A stretch of 64,000 nt of DNA from Schmidtea polychroa. Lineage: Eukaryota. Of the stretch, positions 11,138-21,469 are shown in pieces. The translations under genes were made by a program, and so were the position numbers. The notes under the pieces are model-generated. The model was given only the letters and a program-made list of their open reading frames with translations, was not told where the DNA came from and did no database searches. Location of the stretch: positions 15,564,001 through 15,628,000 of the forward strand of contig CM097885.1 in assembly GCA_044892525.1 (NCBI GenBank), written 5' to 3'. Each line of letters starts with the position of its first letter. Position 1 is the stretch's first letter.

Positions 11138-12019
11138 ATGGTATATGAAGAAAGATTAGCACTTTTAAAAAAATTACAATCAGAACAAGATAAATATAAT
11201 AAAAAAGATACAACTCAACATGCTGAATCTATAATATTAAATGAGGTAATAACACAACAACAGGGGCCAACAATTAAAGCTATAAAAGAGTTGGAAGATT
11301 TCAATGAGCAAGCAAAATTTAAAGAGTTAGAAGATAAAAAACAAAAAATAAAAGAACTAGAGTGGCAGGATAAAGAAAAAGAATCCAGTGAAAACCATCC
11401 TGAAAGAAATCAAAGAAAACGCAGAAGAATTTCTAATGTGGAAGAAGAAGAAATGTTTTTAAAAACAAAACCTCTTAAAGTTGATCCTAAAATTAGAGAT
11501 GATTTACCTCCTTCAATTAGACCCACATTTAATACTAATACTGAAGGATATCAAATAATAACAATTAATAAACAAAACTTTACTTTATATTCAAATTCAG
11601 AAAATAAATCACGTATTCATTCACAAAATGTTTATAATAATGAATATTTAGACTTTGAATTTACAGATGATTTTTATAGATTACTTTGTGGATATTCTTC
11701 AGATGATGTTGAAGAAATTAAAAAATATTTAAATTTAATAAGATTAATAAGAGCTAGTTCTAAAGCAAAATATATTCAAGATTTAAAGAATTATTTAAAT
11801 AAAAATGAAAAGGGTTATGTTGTTACAGAGGGAGAGGGATTAATTAGTGAAGGTGGTAAACCAAATCCCATCAATCTTTTTATTGAATTAAGAAAACTAT
11901 TAGCTGCAAGGAAAGCAGGACATAATAATTTAGATTCTGATATTTTAAAGATTTCTAAAGATTTGTTAAAACAAGGAATAATTTCAAAAGATAAATTTAA
12001 TAAGTATACGAAGTTATAA
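11138..12019 (+). CDS. Conserved Polinton protein of unknown function (293 aa)
   Basis: Intact ORF in the structural cluster. C-terminal LRKLLAARKAGHNN...DLLKQGII resembles a helical motif recurrent in Polinton ORFs. Confidence 0.6.
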   Translation: MVYEERLALLKKLQSEQDKYNKKDTTQHAESIILNEVITQQQGPTIKAIKELEDFNEQAKFKELEDKKQKIKELEWQDKEKESSENHPERNQRKRRRISNVEEEEMFLKTKPLKVDPKIRDDLPPSIRPTFNTNTEGYQIITINKQNFTLYSNSENKSRIHSQNVYNNEYLDFEFTDDFYRLLCGYSSDDVEEIKKYLNLIRLIRASSKAKYIQDLKNYLNKNEKGYVVTEGEGLISEGGKPNPINLFIELRKLLAARKAGHNNLDSDILKISKDLLKQGIISKDKFNKYTKL

Positions 12020-12041
12020 ATACGAAGTTTTAAAATACAAA

Positions 12042-12506
12042 ATGACTCCTTCAATATTAGATTTTTTAAAAACATTTGGAATAAATGCAAAAACAAATTT
12101 TGATTTAAAAGATTATGCAAATTATTTAAATTTAAAAATTAAAATATTAATGAATGATGAATTATCAAGTCTGGAGAGTCCCCTGAATATAATAATCAAT
12201 TATCAAAATTCAAATGAAAAAGGATCTCATTGGGTTTGTATATATAAGAAATCTATCTACTTTGATTCTTTTGGGATTAAACCTACTAAAGAAGTTGAAG
12301 ATTATCTCTTGAGGGGTTCTCCGATTGATTCCCCAAATGGTTATACTTTTAACTCTTTACAAGTTCAACCTTTGAATACTAAAATATGTGGTATTTTAAG
12401 TTTATATGTTTTGTATAGATTGAATAAGGGAGAGGGAAAGGGGCATACGCAGGATTTTAAATCTATAATTCAAGAAATTTATAATGATCTAGAATCTCTA
12501 CTATAA
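12042..12506 (+). CDS. Adenain-like cysteine (maturation) protease
   Basis: GSHWV (His), YFDSFG (Asp), VQ...ICG (Gln/Cys) catalytic set. Confidence 0.92.
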   Translation: MTPSILDFLKTFGINAKTNFDLKDYANYLNLKIKILMNDELSSLESPLNIIINYQNSNEKGSHWVCIYKKSIYFDSFGIKPTKEVEDYLLRGSPIDSPNGYTFNSLQVQPLNTKICGILSLYVLYRLNKGEGKGHTQDFKSIIQEIYNDLESLL

Positions 12507-12554
12507 GGATTTTTACTATAAGGATTTTTACTATATGAATTTACTACTAAAGAA

Positions 12555-13319
12555 ATGGAGCTTCACAACCCTCCGGAAGATAATTTAAAAAAAATGGTAA
12601 ACATAATGTCAGATAAATATTCAAGAACTTTATCTATAAATTCAAAAGAATCAGACTTTACTATAAACTTTCAAGATTCAATTAAATTAGATCAAAATTT
12701 AAATTATGAATTGGGGCTATTATGGTTTTGTGCTTATAATACTATTTTTAATATAACTAAAGATAATAATAAATTTACTATTCAAACTCGTGATGGGCAT
12801 AAACCAGAAATTATAACAATAGAACCTGGGGCATATGAGATAAAAGATTTAAATGATATACTTTCTAAAAAATCAAATGAAGGTATTAAAATTAAAATGG
12901 ATATACCAACTTCAAAATGTGTAATGACTTTGAAGAATATAAAAATTAGTTTTTTAGATAATTGTTTCTTTCACACAGTTTTAGGATTTAAACCTATGGA
13001 TATAACAATAAAAGAAGATAAAATAATAACATCAGAACATATTATAAAAATAATAAATACAAACACAATAAATATTCATTGCGATTGTATAACAGGTTCT
13101 TATAATAATGGTAAACAAACAAATGTTTTATATTCCTTTCCCTCAAACACAGTTCCTATGGGATATAAAATAGTTGAAAGAATGAATCCTCCAAATTATT
13201 TACCTTTATGTAGAAAATATATAATGGATATTAATTTTAAAATTCTTAATCAAGAAGGAGAATTGATTGATTTTAATGGAGAAGAGATTTCAATGTATTT
13301 ACATTTGAAACAGGTTTGA
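12555..13319 (+). CDS. Polinton minor capsid protein (penton, single jelly-roll)
   Basis: INIHCDCITGSY, VLYSFP, GYKIVE..P.YLPL and NQEGELIDFNGE..S.YLHLK C-terminus are typical of Polinton pentons. Confidence 0.88.
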   Translation: MELHNPPEDNLKKMVNIMSDKYSRTLSINSKESDFTINFQDSIKLDQNLNYELGLLWFCAYNTIFNITKDNNKFTIQTRDGHKPEIITIEPGAYEIKDLNDILSKKSNEGIKIKMDIPTSKCVMTLKNIKISFLDNCFFHTVLGFKPMDITIKEDKIITSEHIIKIINTNTINIHCDCITGSYNNGKQTNVLYSFPSNTVPMGYKIVERMNPPNYLPLCRKYIMDINFKILNQEGELIDFNGEEISMYLHLKQV

Positions 13320-13343
13320 AGATTCATTTTAAATTATTAATAA

Positions 13344-14354
13344 ATGAGTTCTTATATTCCATGTAATAGAGGTGGTGGAACAATAAAAACAGGGTTTAAT
13401 ACAGAAGAAATATTAACTTTAACAGAAAATAAATATATTAATGAAAGAGGTGATTCAATGAAGGGTGATTTAATTTTAAATGGACACAAGATAAAAGAAT
13501 TATCTTTTCCAACTGATGAAGCTGATGCAGTTAATAAGAAATATGTAGATGGTGTTAAAAAATATACTGATTTAACAACAACAAGAATTGAAAGTTCATT
13601 AACAACAAAAATTGATTCAATGGAATCAAAGCTTAATAATATCGAACAACGATTTAATGATAAATTTGACAAGTTACAAAGTCTGTTAACTGAACAAGTT
13701 GTAAAGTTAAATACTGCTATATTAAATTCTAAAGATAAACAAATTATGAATACTAAATTTAATACAATATATAAAATAATAAATGAGATGATTACATCAT
13801 TTAATAAAAGAATTTCAAATTTAGAGTCTCATGGAACACACATTAACACCACACATAGTATTAGAAAAAGAGCTGCTGAATTAGAACAGAATAAAACATT
13901 ATTACCCCATACATATAAACATTTTATAGAACCAAGTTTAATAACAACAAACAGTAAAGAATGGGGTGTTTTTATGGTTGTAAAGATTATTGATCCTTAT
14001 TTCTTTTTGTTTGATGATGATAATGAAAGAATGAAATGGTTTGTGAAATGTGATTATAATAGTAAGCTTGAAAAGGGTGATGTTATAATGACTAGTTATG
14101 ATTTACCACACGGAGATTGGTATGTTAATACTCATTCACATGGACTACATAAAGTTAAAAGTAAGAATATTATTTTTAAAAGCACACTTGTACAATATAT
14201 AGATTTAATATTTTATGAAAAAAAGGTTGATGTTGATGAAGTTCGTAAAGCATTGAGAGAATTGTATAAAGATATCCTCTCAACAAGAGTTTCTTTTGAT
14301 ATCCGAGTATTGGTGCCAGATGGTGCTCAGAAGAATAAAGTCTTATTTTTTTAA
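13344..14354 (+). CDS. Putative fibre/spike protein
   Basis: GDSMKGDL and PTDEADAVNKKYVD resemble trimeric fibre/adhesin stalk motifs. Followed by a coiled coil and a beta-rich C-terminus; adjacent to the penton gene. Confidence 0.55.
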   Translation: MSSYIPCNRGGGTIKTGFNTEEILTLTENKYINERGDSMKGDLILNGHKIKELSFPTDEADAVNKKYVDGVKKYTDLTTTRIESSLTTKIDSMESKLNNIEQRFNDKFDKLQSLLTEQVVKLNTAILNSKDKQIMNTKFNTIYKIINEMITSFNKRISNLESHGTHINTTHSIRKRAAELEQNKTLLPHTYKHFIEPSLITTNSKEWGVFMVVKIIDPYFFLFDDDNERMKWFVKCDYNSKLEKGDVIMTSYDLPHGDWYVNTHSHGLHKVKSKNIIFKSTLVQYIDLIFYEKKVDVDEVRKALRELYKDILSTRVSFDIRVLVPDGAQKNKVLFF

Positions 14355-14362
14355 TTATTAAA

Positions 14363-14959
14363 ATGGAAGAAGTAAGAGAAGAAAAAATTTACCCAGAATT
14401 GAGATCATCAGGATATTATTCTTCCAAGGCCTCGGCTCCCACAGAACTTGAAATTATGAGAGTAAAAGAATTTAAATCAGAAACCTTACATTTACAAGAT
14501 TTATTAAAGCATTATAAAAAAATTAAAAATAGATGGAATAAAGGGAATACAGTTTTAAAAGTTATAGGTTATTCTTTAGGATTTGCATCTGCAATATTAA
14601 CAGTTATTTTACCCATAACTTTACCAGTTGTTACTCTTGCACCTGTAATACTTGGAAGTATTTCTGTGGCTGATGGTTTCTTAACTGAAATAGTTTCATT
14701 ATCTTATACTTCTAAAAAGAAAAGTTTATATAGAGAAGTTTGTTTATCAATAGAATTAGGAATCTCTAAATTATTTTTATTTCAATTAAAAGCTTTGGAA
14801 GATGGAATCCTGACAGACGAAGAAATAATGAAATCAAATCAAATAATACAAGATATAAAGAATGAGGTTATAAGATTAAAAAGGGAGGGCATGGTGGCTA
14901 ATGTTATAAGTAATAAAAAAACATCTCGAGAAAAATGGTTAAAGAATTCTTATTTATAA
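14363..14959 (+). CDS. Polinton membrane protein with a hydrophobic hairpin (198 aa)
   Basis: Long hydrophobic segment VIGYSLGFASAILTVILPITLPVVTLAPVILG between coiled-coil regions; KALEDGILTDEE. Confidence 0.6.
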   Translation: MEEVREEKIYPELRSSGYYSSKASAPTELEIMRVKEFKSETLHLQDLLKHYKKIKNRWNKGNTVLKVIGYSLGFASAILTVILPITLPVVTLAPVILGSISVADGFLTEIVSLSYTSKKKSLYREVCLSIELGISKLFLFQLKALEDGILTDEEIMKSNQIIQDIKNEVIRLKREGMVANVISNKKTSREKWLKNSYL

Positions 14960-15053
14960 AATGGGTTTATTTTTAAAAAAGTAGATCAGGTTGCTATAGT
15001 TGCTTAAATTAATTGTCGACATTTTATTATTAAAAAATTAAATATCGTTGGTT

Positions 15054-18000
15054 TCAGTTATGGTTGAAAGCCAACCTTTGAATCATTAATTTATGATCTT
15101 TAAATTCTTTATCACTTAGACCTTTTATATATTCAGGATCAGTATTAAAATATTTAAGTTCTAAACATATAGGATTAAAAACTTGAGAATATAAAGGCTT
15201 CTCGATTTCTCTCTTGGGATAAATAATTTCAACATTATAAATATCAAGATCAGTAATCTTTGTATCATATAACTTATTCAACTTTTCTAGATTTTTTATT
15301 ATAGGGATTAAATTATTTCCAATAGGTAGAGTTGTCTTTAAATCACTTAGTATGAATCTCTTATCATCATAATTTGATAATGATACTTTTTGAGATTCTA
15401 TCAAGTGAATATCATGGTTTTCACTTTTAAGTTGATGTATTTCATCAATTTTATCTTTATGATTTGGATTCAATGCATCTATATAATCTTGATGAGAAAG
15501 ATTCTTTGCAACCACTCTCGGTATTCCTTTACATCTGTTATCCTTTACAGGTTTTTCTTCTTGTCCCTCTGGTCCTTTAGGAAATATAGGATATCTATGT
15601 GTAATGGTTTCTTCTGTTTCTGGAGTTTTAAATATAAATGATCTAGTTATAAATTCAGGGTTTCTAAATGTTTCGTATGAATATTGTTTAGCACGAATAA
15701 ATATTCCATTTTCTATAGGAGTAAAAGGTTTTTCATCTTTAAACGAAAATAGTTCTCCAGTTGAATTTATTAAATTTGAAAGTATAGGATTTTCAGCTAT
15801 ATCTCTTTGTAAATCATGAGTTCTTATTGTTAAAAACATTGAATCTGTATCCATTGCATGCATTGATATATTAGAACCATATATAGGTTGTAAGATGTTA
15901 TAATATGTTTCATACATTTGTAATTTTGAAAGTTCTAAAATTGAAAACCCTATAAATATTGGTTTGTTGTATGTTTTCTCAAAACTCTTTAGTTCTATTG
16001 CAGTAAGACTTTCAGAAAATACTTGTGCGTTTTTAAATGTAGGCTTTCCTAGCATACGATTATAACGCTTAATATCTTTGGCAGTATTAGTTAGGAGTTC
16101 AATATGAGTATATTTATCAACATTCTCCATTGTCTTCCCAAAGACTGAATTGTTTAAAAGTTTATAATTATTATCTTTAAAAAGGTTACCTTCTCTTTTT
16201 GCAATGTTTCGACACCTAATGTTCTCCTCGATAAAAGCTTTCATGAATGGAGCTTGTTTAAATCTTATGACACTATGAACTTTTTTTAATATCATTCCTC
16301 GTGAGAGATAAAATTGGAGGAGTCTATAGTGACAAAGATAAAACCTTCGATCTGTTTGATCACAAAGAAGTTTCATTGTTGGAGGTTTATCTTGTGAGAT
16401 TTGCCATTCAGAAAGTTCGTTGATATCAATCTTTCTTCTTATGGGAGCTAAAGGAAAATATCTTGTTCCTGATTTTATATCATCTGGATAGTCGAGGTCA
16501 CATTCTATAAAGTAACCTATTGGAAAATCTTTCGACGTTGAAAGTATTTCTTTCATAAGGTCATCTGTTGGGTTCTCTATTCCAGTGAAATCACTCATTG
16601 GTAAATATTGAGTCATAATTCCTGAATATAAAGCTGTTGCATCTATATAAAGTATAAATATAGGATTTTTCATTGTTTCTAATAATTCTTTTAATTCCTC
16701 ATTGTTAATTTTCATATATGGATCATCAGGGTGTTTAGAGAGTCTTCGGCTAGTAGTTATTGCATTTCTAGCTTTTATTTCTCTATTCCCCATTACTGAA
16801 GAGACTCCTCCTCTAATGTTTGTTTTAATTTGGTTAAACATATCGAGGTTAGTTAAAAGATCTATAATTTTATCAGCATCTTCTATATTTGAAGTCCAAA
16901 TGGTATATAACATAGTATCCCAAGCTAAAGAGGGTGCAGTTATATAATTATAAGGTTTAAGAACAAAAGAGTTTGTAAATTCTTCAAAGCAATCTGCTAG
17001 AATATAAACATCTAAGGATAAATACATGTTGGTATATTCTCCTAAAGTTTTACACTTGAATAATTCCCACATTTTTAATGCTCGAGAATATTCTTGATCT
17101 GTAATCCCTGATTGTAGTAAGTTTGAAAAGAAATCTTCTTTGTTAGGAAGACTTGTTTCATTATATCTTTCAAACGAGTCAACATAGTCATAAGGATATA
17201 TTTCCTTTTGCTAAACATGTAGGATATTCTTCTAGAGGAATATTATTTTTTTCCAAGAATTCTCGAGTGATTTTAAAATTTTCTGGTTTCATTGTTTTTG
17301 CTACTGCATCTAAAGACATTTGGAGAAAGTTTAACGAGTCTATAAATTTTAATTTTCCATATTCAATTGATTTATATTTTTCCTTTGTTAAGCCGATAAC
17401 TTTGAAAGAGTTTTTAGCATTTGCTGCGAGGTGTTTAATAAATAGATGTATGTCATATCCAAAAAGATTATGAAATATAACAGGTATAAATTTAGGAGTA
17501 TGACAATTAAGATTGCAATTTTTATGAGCTGCTCCTCGATAATTATTTTCCTTTTTTAAATGATCATGATCTATAACTTTTTCATCAGGAAGAATATTCT
17601 GTTTACACATCCAACAGTTGGAAGTATTTTCATATTCTTGTTGTTGTTGATTAGAAATATTTTTGAGGATACTTTGTTTTTAATATTTTAAATATTTCAT
17701 GTTCTAGATCATTTATATTTTTAGTAAAATGATTCAAGACTTCTGTTTCTGAAATTCCTCGAAATGTATATTCTCTAGATTCTATGAGTTCAGGATAATT
17801 ACTTTTAAATAATAATTTATAAGCAGATGGTAATTGTTTAGTTTTTTTAACACTATTAGGTTTATTTCTTTTTCTTAGAAAGGCTTTCATCCTCTCTGGT
17901 TTCATCTTCTCTCCTGAGGAGTTCCAGGAATCCATGAGTTTATTTTTTTCTATTATTTTTAAATATTGATAAACCAAATCTTGTTTATGGTTTATAGATT

Positions 18001-19410
18001 CAAAGTCACCATAAAGAACTCCAACTGTTTGTAGTAAATTTGAAAAGTTTTTAAAATATATCTTGGGATTATTAGGCATTTTAATTAAAGCTGGATCATC
18101 TTTTTCACAAAGTCTTGTATGTTTAATCATAGAGTTTTAGTTGTTGAATAATGAAGACATCTTTTACATGTTCCTCCTCCACTAGTTGGATTCTCTGGTG
18201 ATGTAAAAGCTTGAAAGTTTTTTATTAAAACATAATATTGATTATTTTGTTGTTCCAAGATTAAAAGATATATCTCCCTAGTGTTATCCTGCGGTTCGTT
18301 ATCTCTAACTTCATAATCTGAAATATAAATTGGAATAATTTCTCTGCTATTAACATGTTTCCCTTTAACACGTTCATAAATATTAATTTTAAGATTATTT
18401 AAACTTTCAAATTTTGGAATGTCTTCTAGTTTCATTGGATGTTTGAATCCTTTGGGAAATATTAATTCATTTTCATATTGTTTGTATTTTGAAACTCTTT
18501 GGGGATTTGTTGCTTGAGGATGTAAATGTGCAAATATTGACCAGATGAAACATTTGTTATCATTATTCTGTACATTTATAACATTTTTAGATTTAAAGGG
18601 TGTAGGAATATAAGATTTAGGATTGGGTGGTAATCCTCTCCAATAATCAATCACTAAAGTTTGGAAAGAGTTGAATACTAAGTTTGAATCTCCTAATTCA
18701 TTTTCTACTTCCTCTTGTTTTGCTTCTGCTGCTTTAATTATTTCTTTGATGGTTTTATCAAATCCTTTAATTGAAAATAAATATTTAAAAGGTATTCCAA
18801 TTTCAACATCTAAGGGTGTTGTCTTTTCTTCTGCTCCTCGCCAGTATTTTGCTTTGATTATAATTTTATATTTTATAACATTATACCTTGTCGGTTTATA
18901 ATTTTTTAAAGCTTCAGTGAAAGAATTTTTAATATTTTTTTTATTTTTATTTATATATTCTCCAGGAGTTGCAGGCCCATTAATTTTTAATTGAAATTCA
19001 TCTATATGATTAAAATTATCCCAGTTATATTTTTCTCTTTCAACATGATCAGGTTCTCCTTCTGAATGACATTCCTCATCGTCAGAATTTTGTTTTTTAT
19101 TTTTACATTCTTTTATATGTTCTAAATAATAGAAATTTAGTTTTGTTGAAAAGTTACAATGAGGACATGTAAATATTTCTCTATTTTTCCCGATACAATT
19201 TTCAAAATGTTTATTATATCCAGAAAATAGAAATCTTCCTTTACATTTAAGACAAAGTTTTGAATTTGTATCATTAAGATTATTTTCTTTTAATAAATGA
19301 GCTTTCGATTTTAAGTGAGAAATTAATCCAGTTTTATTTTTAAAAACTTTATTGCAAATATTACAATTCATTTTTAGAAAAAAAATTTTTATTGGATACC
19401 CTGTTTTCAT
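15054..19410 (-). pseudogene. polB: Protein-primed family B DNA polymerase (pPolB), broken by three frameshifts
   Basis: N-terminal C2H2 fingers, INVQNNDNKCF, exo YGDFES, CWMC..DHDH..YRGAAH..CN, KGIYPY (frameshifted), YIDATALY, KLLNNSVFGK, MDTDS, YDDKR. Frameshifts at ~18130, ~17662 and ~17203. Confidence 0.93.
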
Positions 19411-19477
19411 TTTATTTTTTAAGATTTATATTATTCATTTTTTATAATAAAAATTTAAAAAATGACAAAAAATCCAA

Positions 19478-19548
19478 ACCTTGATGGCGCAGTGGGCTAG
19501 ACTGACACAGTGGTTCAAAATGCTAGCGGTTCAAATCACATTTGAGGT
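19478..19548 (+). ncRNA. Candidate Pol III tRNA-like RNA-1 (right TIR copy)
   Basis: A-box 19485-19495, B-box 19528-19537, 7-bp terminal stem ACCTTGA/TTGAGGT, T9 at 19552-19560. Confidence 0.55.
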
Positions 19549-19726
19549 TAGTTTTTTTTTCAACATAAAATAATATTAAAAATTTGAAAATAATATTGAA
19601 AATAGTGTGGGTATCTTATATTTATAAAGTACTTGTATATTTTATTTTATTTACTTTATTTTATTTTATTTTTTTATTAATTAATTATTTTTTAAACATA
19701 AATATGAAAAAAAAAATATTGAAACG

Positions 19727-19818
19727 GGTGTGGTGGCGAACCGGTAATTATCGCCACCAGTCTTTCGAACACACCCGGATCGATCCCATAATGTGCACAT
19801 TTATTTCTCGGTTGTTTT
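19727..19818 (+). ncRNA. Candidate Pol III RNA-2 (right TIR copy); may extend further
   Basis: A-box-like TGGCGAACCGG (19734-19744), B-box GGATCGATCCC (19777-19787), stems CGGGTG/CACCCG and TGGTGGCGA/TCGCCACCA, first T4 at 19815-19818. Confidence 0.4.
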
Positions 19819-20433
19819 CGGACCTCTTTCGGATTCGCTTTCGAATTCATTTGTACTTTCGAGCAGCACACTTAAAACGCCGATGAAATCGTATTCGAGC
19901 GAGAAGCGAATAATAAGGTGTGCTGCTATTATCGAATTGATTCTGATTATGAGCCTGGCCAGCTTGTATATTGGAAGAGATTTGATAAACGAAAGAGGTT
20001 GAATAAAAAAAAAATGATCCAGATCAAAAAAACTGTTGAGAGGACAGTGAAAAAAAAAAAATACCACTGTCCTCTCAGAGCAGTTTTACTATTTTCATAA
20101 AATTTTTTATTCTTCAAGACATCAAGATTAAGATTTCATTTATTTTTTTTAATTAGCCAATTAGCAACTTGCTAGTTGGCATCCTCAAGTAGCCTTCTAA
20201 CTTTTTCATAATACCATTTTCTTTTCTATTCTCTTTATGGTTTTAGTTTGAAGCTTTTGAGTTTGAGGCTTTAAAGATTAAAACAGTTAGAGTCATTAAG
20301 GGTGGTTGTTTTCAAAATTTAGGGTTAAAATACTATAAAAGTATAAGTTTTAGGTTGTTTTTCTAAGCTTAAGTGATTTGGAGGCATGTTTTGTTGGGAG
20401 GGCTGTTTTGGTTGGGTATATAACCACACTACT

Positions 20434-20533
20434 GCTGGAAGATCAAGAAGTGGAATTATTTTGACGGCTTATTTAATGAAACATTTTAAATTTGGTCCAA
20501 ACGATGCGATTGAGACAATTAAGGAAAAGTCAT
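20434..20533 (+). pseudogene. DUSP12: DUSP12-like copy A, continuation after the Polinton, truncated at ~20533
   Basis: (AG)RSRSGIILTAYLMKHF... matches 21783-21882, then diverges abruptly after AAGGAAAAGTCAT. Confidence 0.88.
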
Positions 20534-21469
20534 AGAATAGGAATAGAGCAAAATCGAGTCAATGAGAACGAGAATAATTATTCTGAATTTGTAAAAAGTA
20601 ATACTGAACTATTAGACAAAGCTTTTGATAAAGGAGACCAAGTTACAGCAGATGAGTTAGAAAATATTGTCAAAAGTCACAATCAAGAAGAAAATTTTGA
20701 AAGTAAATATGATGAAACTGAAGTAGATGTGTCAGACAAGAATGAAAATTATAATAGTCATGTAGGCACAGAGGTTGTCGACATTAATGTTATCGAAAGA
20801 CCGAATTCTTTGGTAGAAGATAATTTTCAAAACATGGAAGACGTAGTTAATGTTCAAACGGATTCTGCTTCTTCAGAAAATCATTTAGAAACTGATCGAA
20901 TTATGCCAGATTCTGAGAGCAATGACAGTGATCTTAGAGTCGATATTGGTAAAGATCATACATCCGACACAGCTAAAGATTCTGAACAAAATACATTCAC
21001 TCAACCAACGTCTGCTTTAGATGATATCATTGAAGACTATTCACCTGGTTCCCCTTTATTAAATGAGATGCAACAGGGAAAAGTGGGGACTATTGAATTG
21101 GTGAAACATGCAGGAAGGATAATGGAGATATTGCAGCGAAACAGAATGAAAAGTGGCAGGGGCTTGGTCGAGTATGGCGATGGTGGGAGGAGAATCCACC
21201 ATGATGTATCCAGAAAGGTGCGTGGTGCGGCGGCCTATACCATAGCAAGATGGGTGTGTGAGGGGTATTGGAGAGAGGCAAAAGGAAAGGTTCCCCTGAA
21301 GTAATTGGGTGTTTGATCCGCTAGAAGGGATCAAGGAGGGGGGAAATGTTTCGACCAGTCAGAGGGGGATTGCCTCTGACTGGCATTTATTCGGTTTCTT
21401 TTTCTATCGCATCTGTGTGCGCGGTCTGGTTAGACTGAATATTGTTGGTGTGCGCACACAGACGCGAGT

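Larger units (their letters stand above)
5502..20433. mobile_element. Full-length Polinton/Maverick (adintovirus-like endogenous virus), ~14.9 kb
   Basis: Ends AGTAGTGTGG... and ...CCACACTACT. TSD GCTGGA at 5496-5501 and 20434-20439; the empty site is visible at ~21783. ~1-kb TIRs. Carries pPolB, rve integrase, ATPase, protease, MCP and penton genes. Confidence 0.97.
19441..20433 (-). repeat. Polinton right terminal inverted repeat
   Basis: Inverted copy of 5502-~6482. Confidence 0.93.

Noticed and set aside
6995..14365. TAAAATG at Polinton starts as a poxvirus-like promoter
   Set aside because: Host genes here also start with AAAATG/GAAATG; most simply an AT-rich Kozak context.
19478..19548. 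Bona fide tRNA gene
   Set aside because: T-stem (AGCGG/CACAT) and D/anticodon arms do not pair canonically; kept only as a tRNA-like Pol III unit.
19725..19738. Similarity of CGGGTGTGGTGGCG to the 7SL/Alu 5' end
   Set aside because: Only ~14 nt, and the rest does not follow 7SL; explained by a shared A-box context.
21345..21400. Hammerhead ribozyme (stem followed by CGAAAC on the minus strand)
   Set aside because: No CUGANGA core upstream of the stem.
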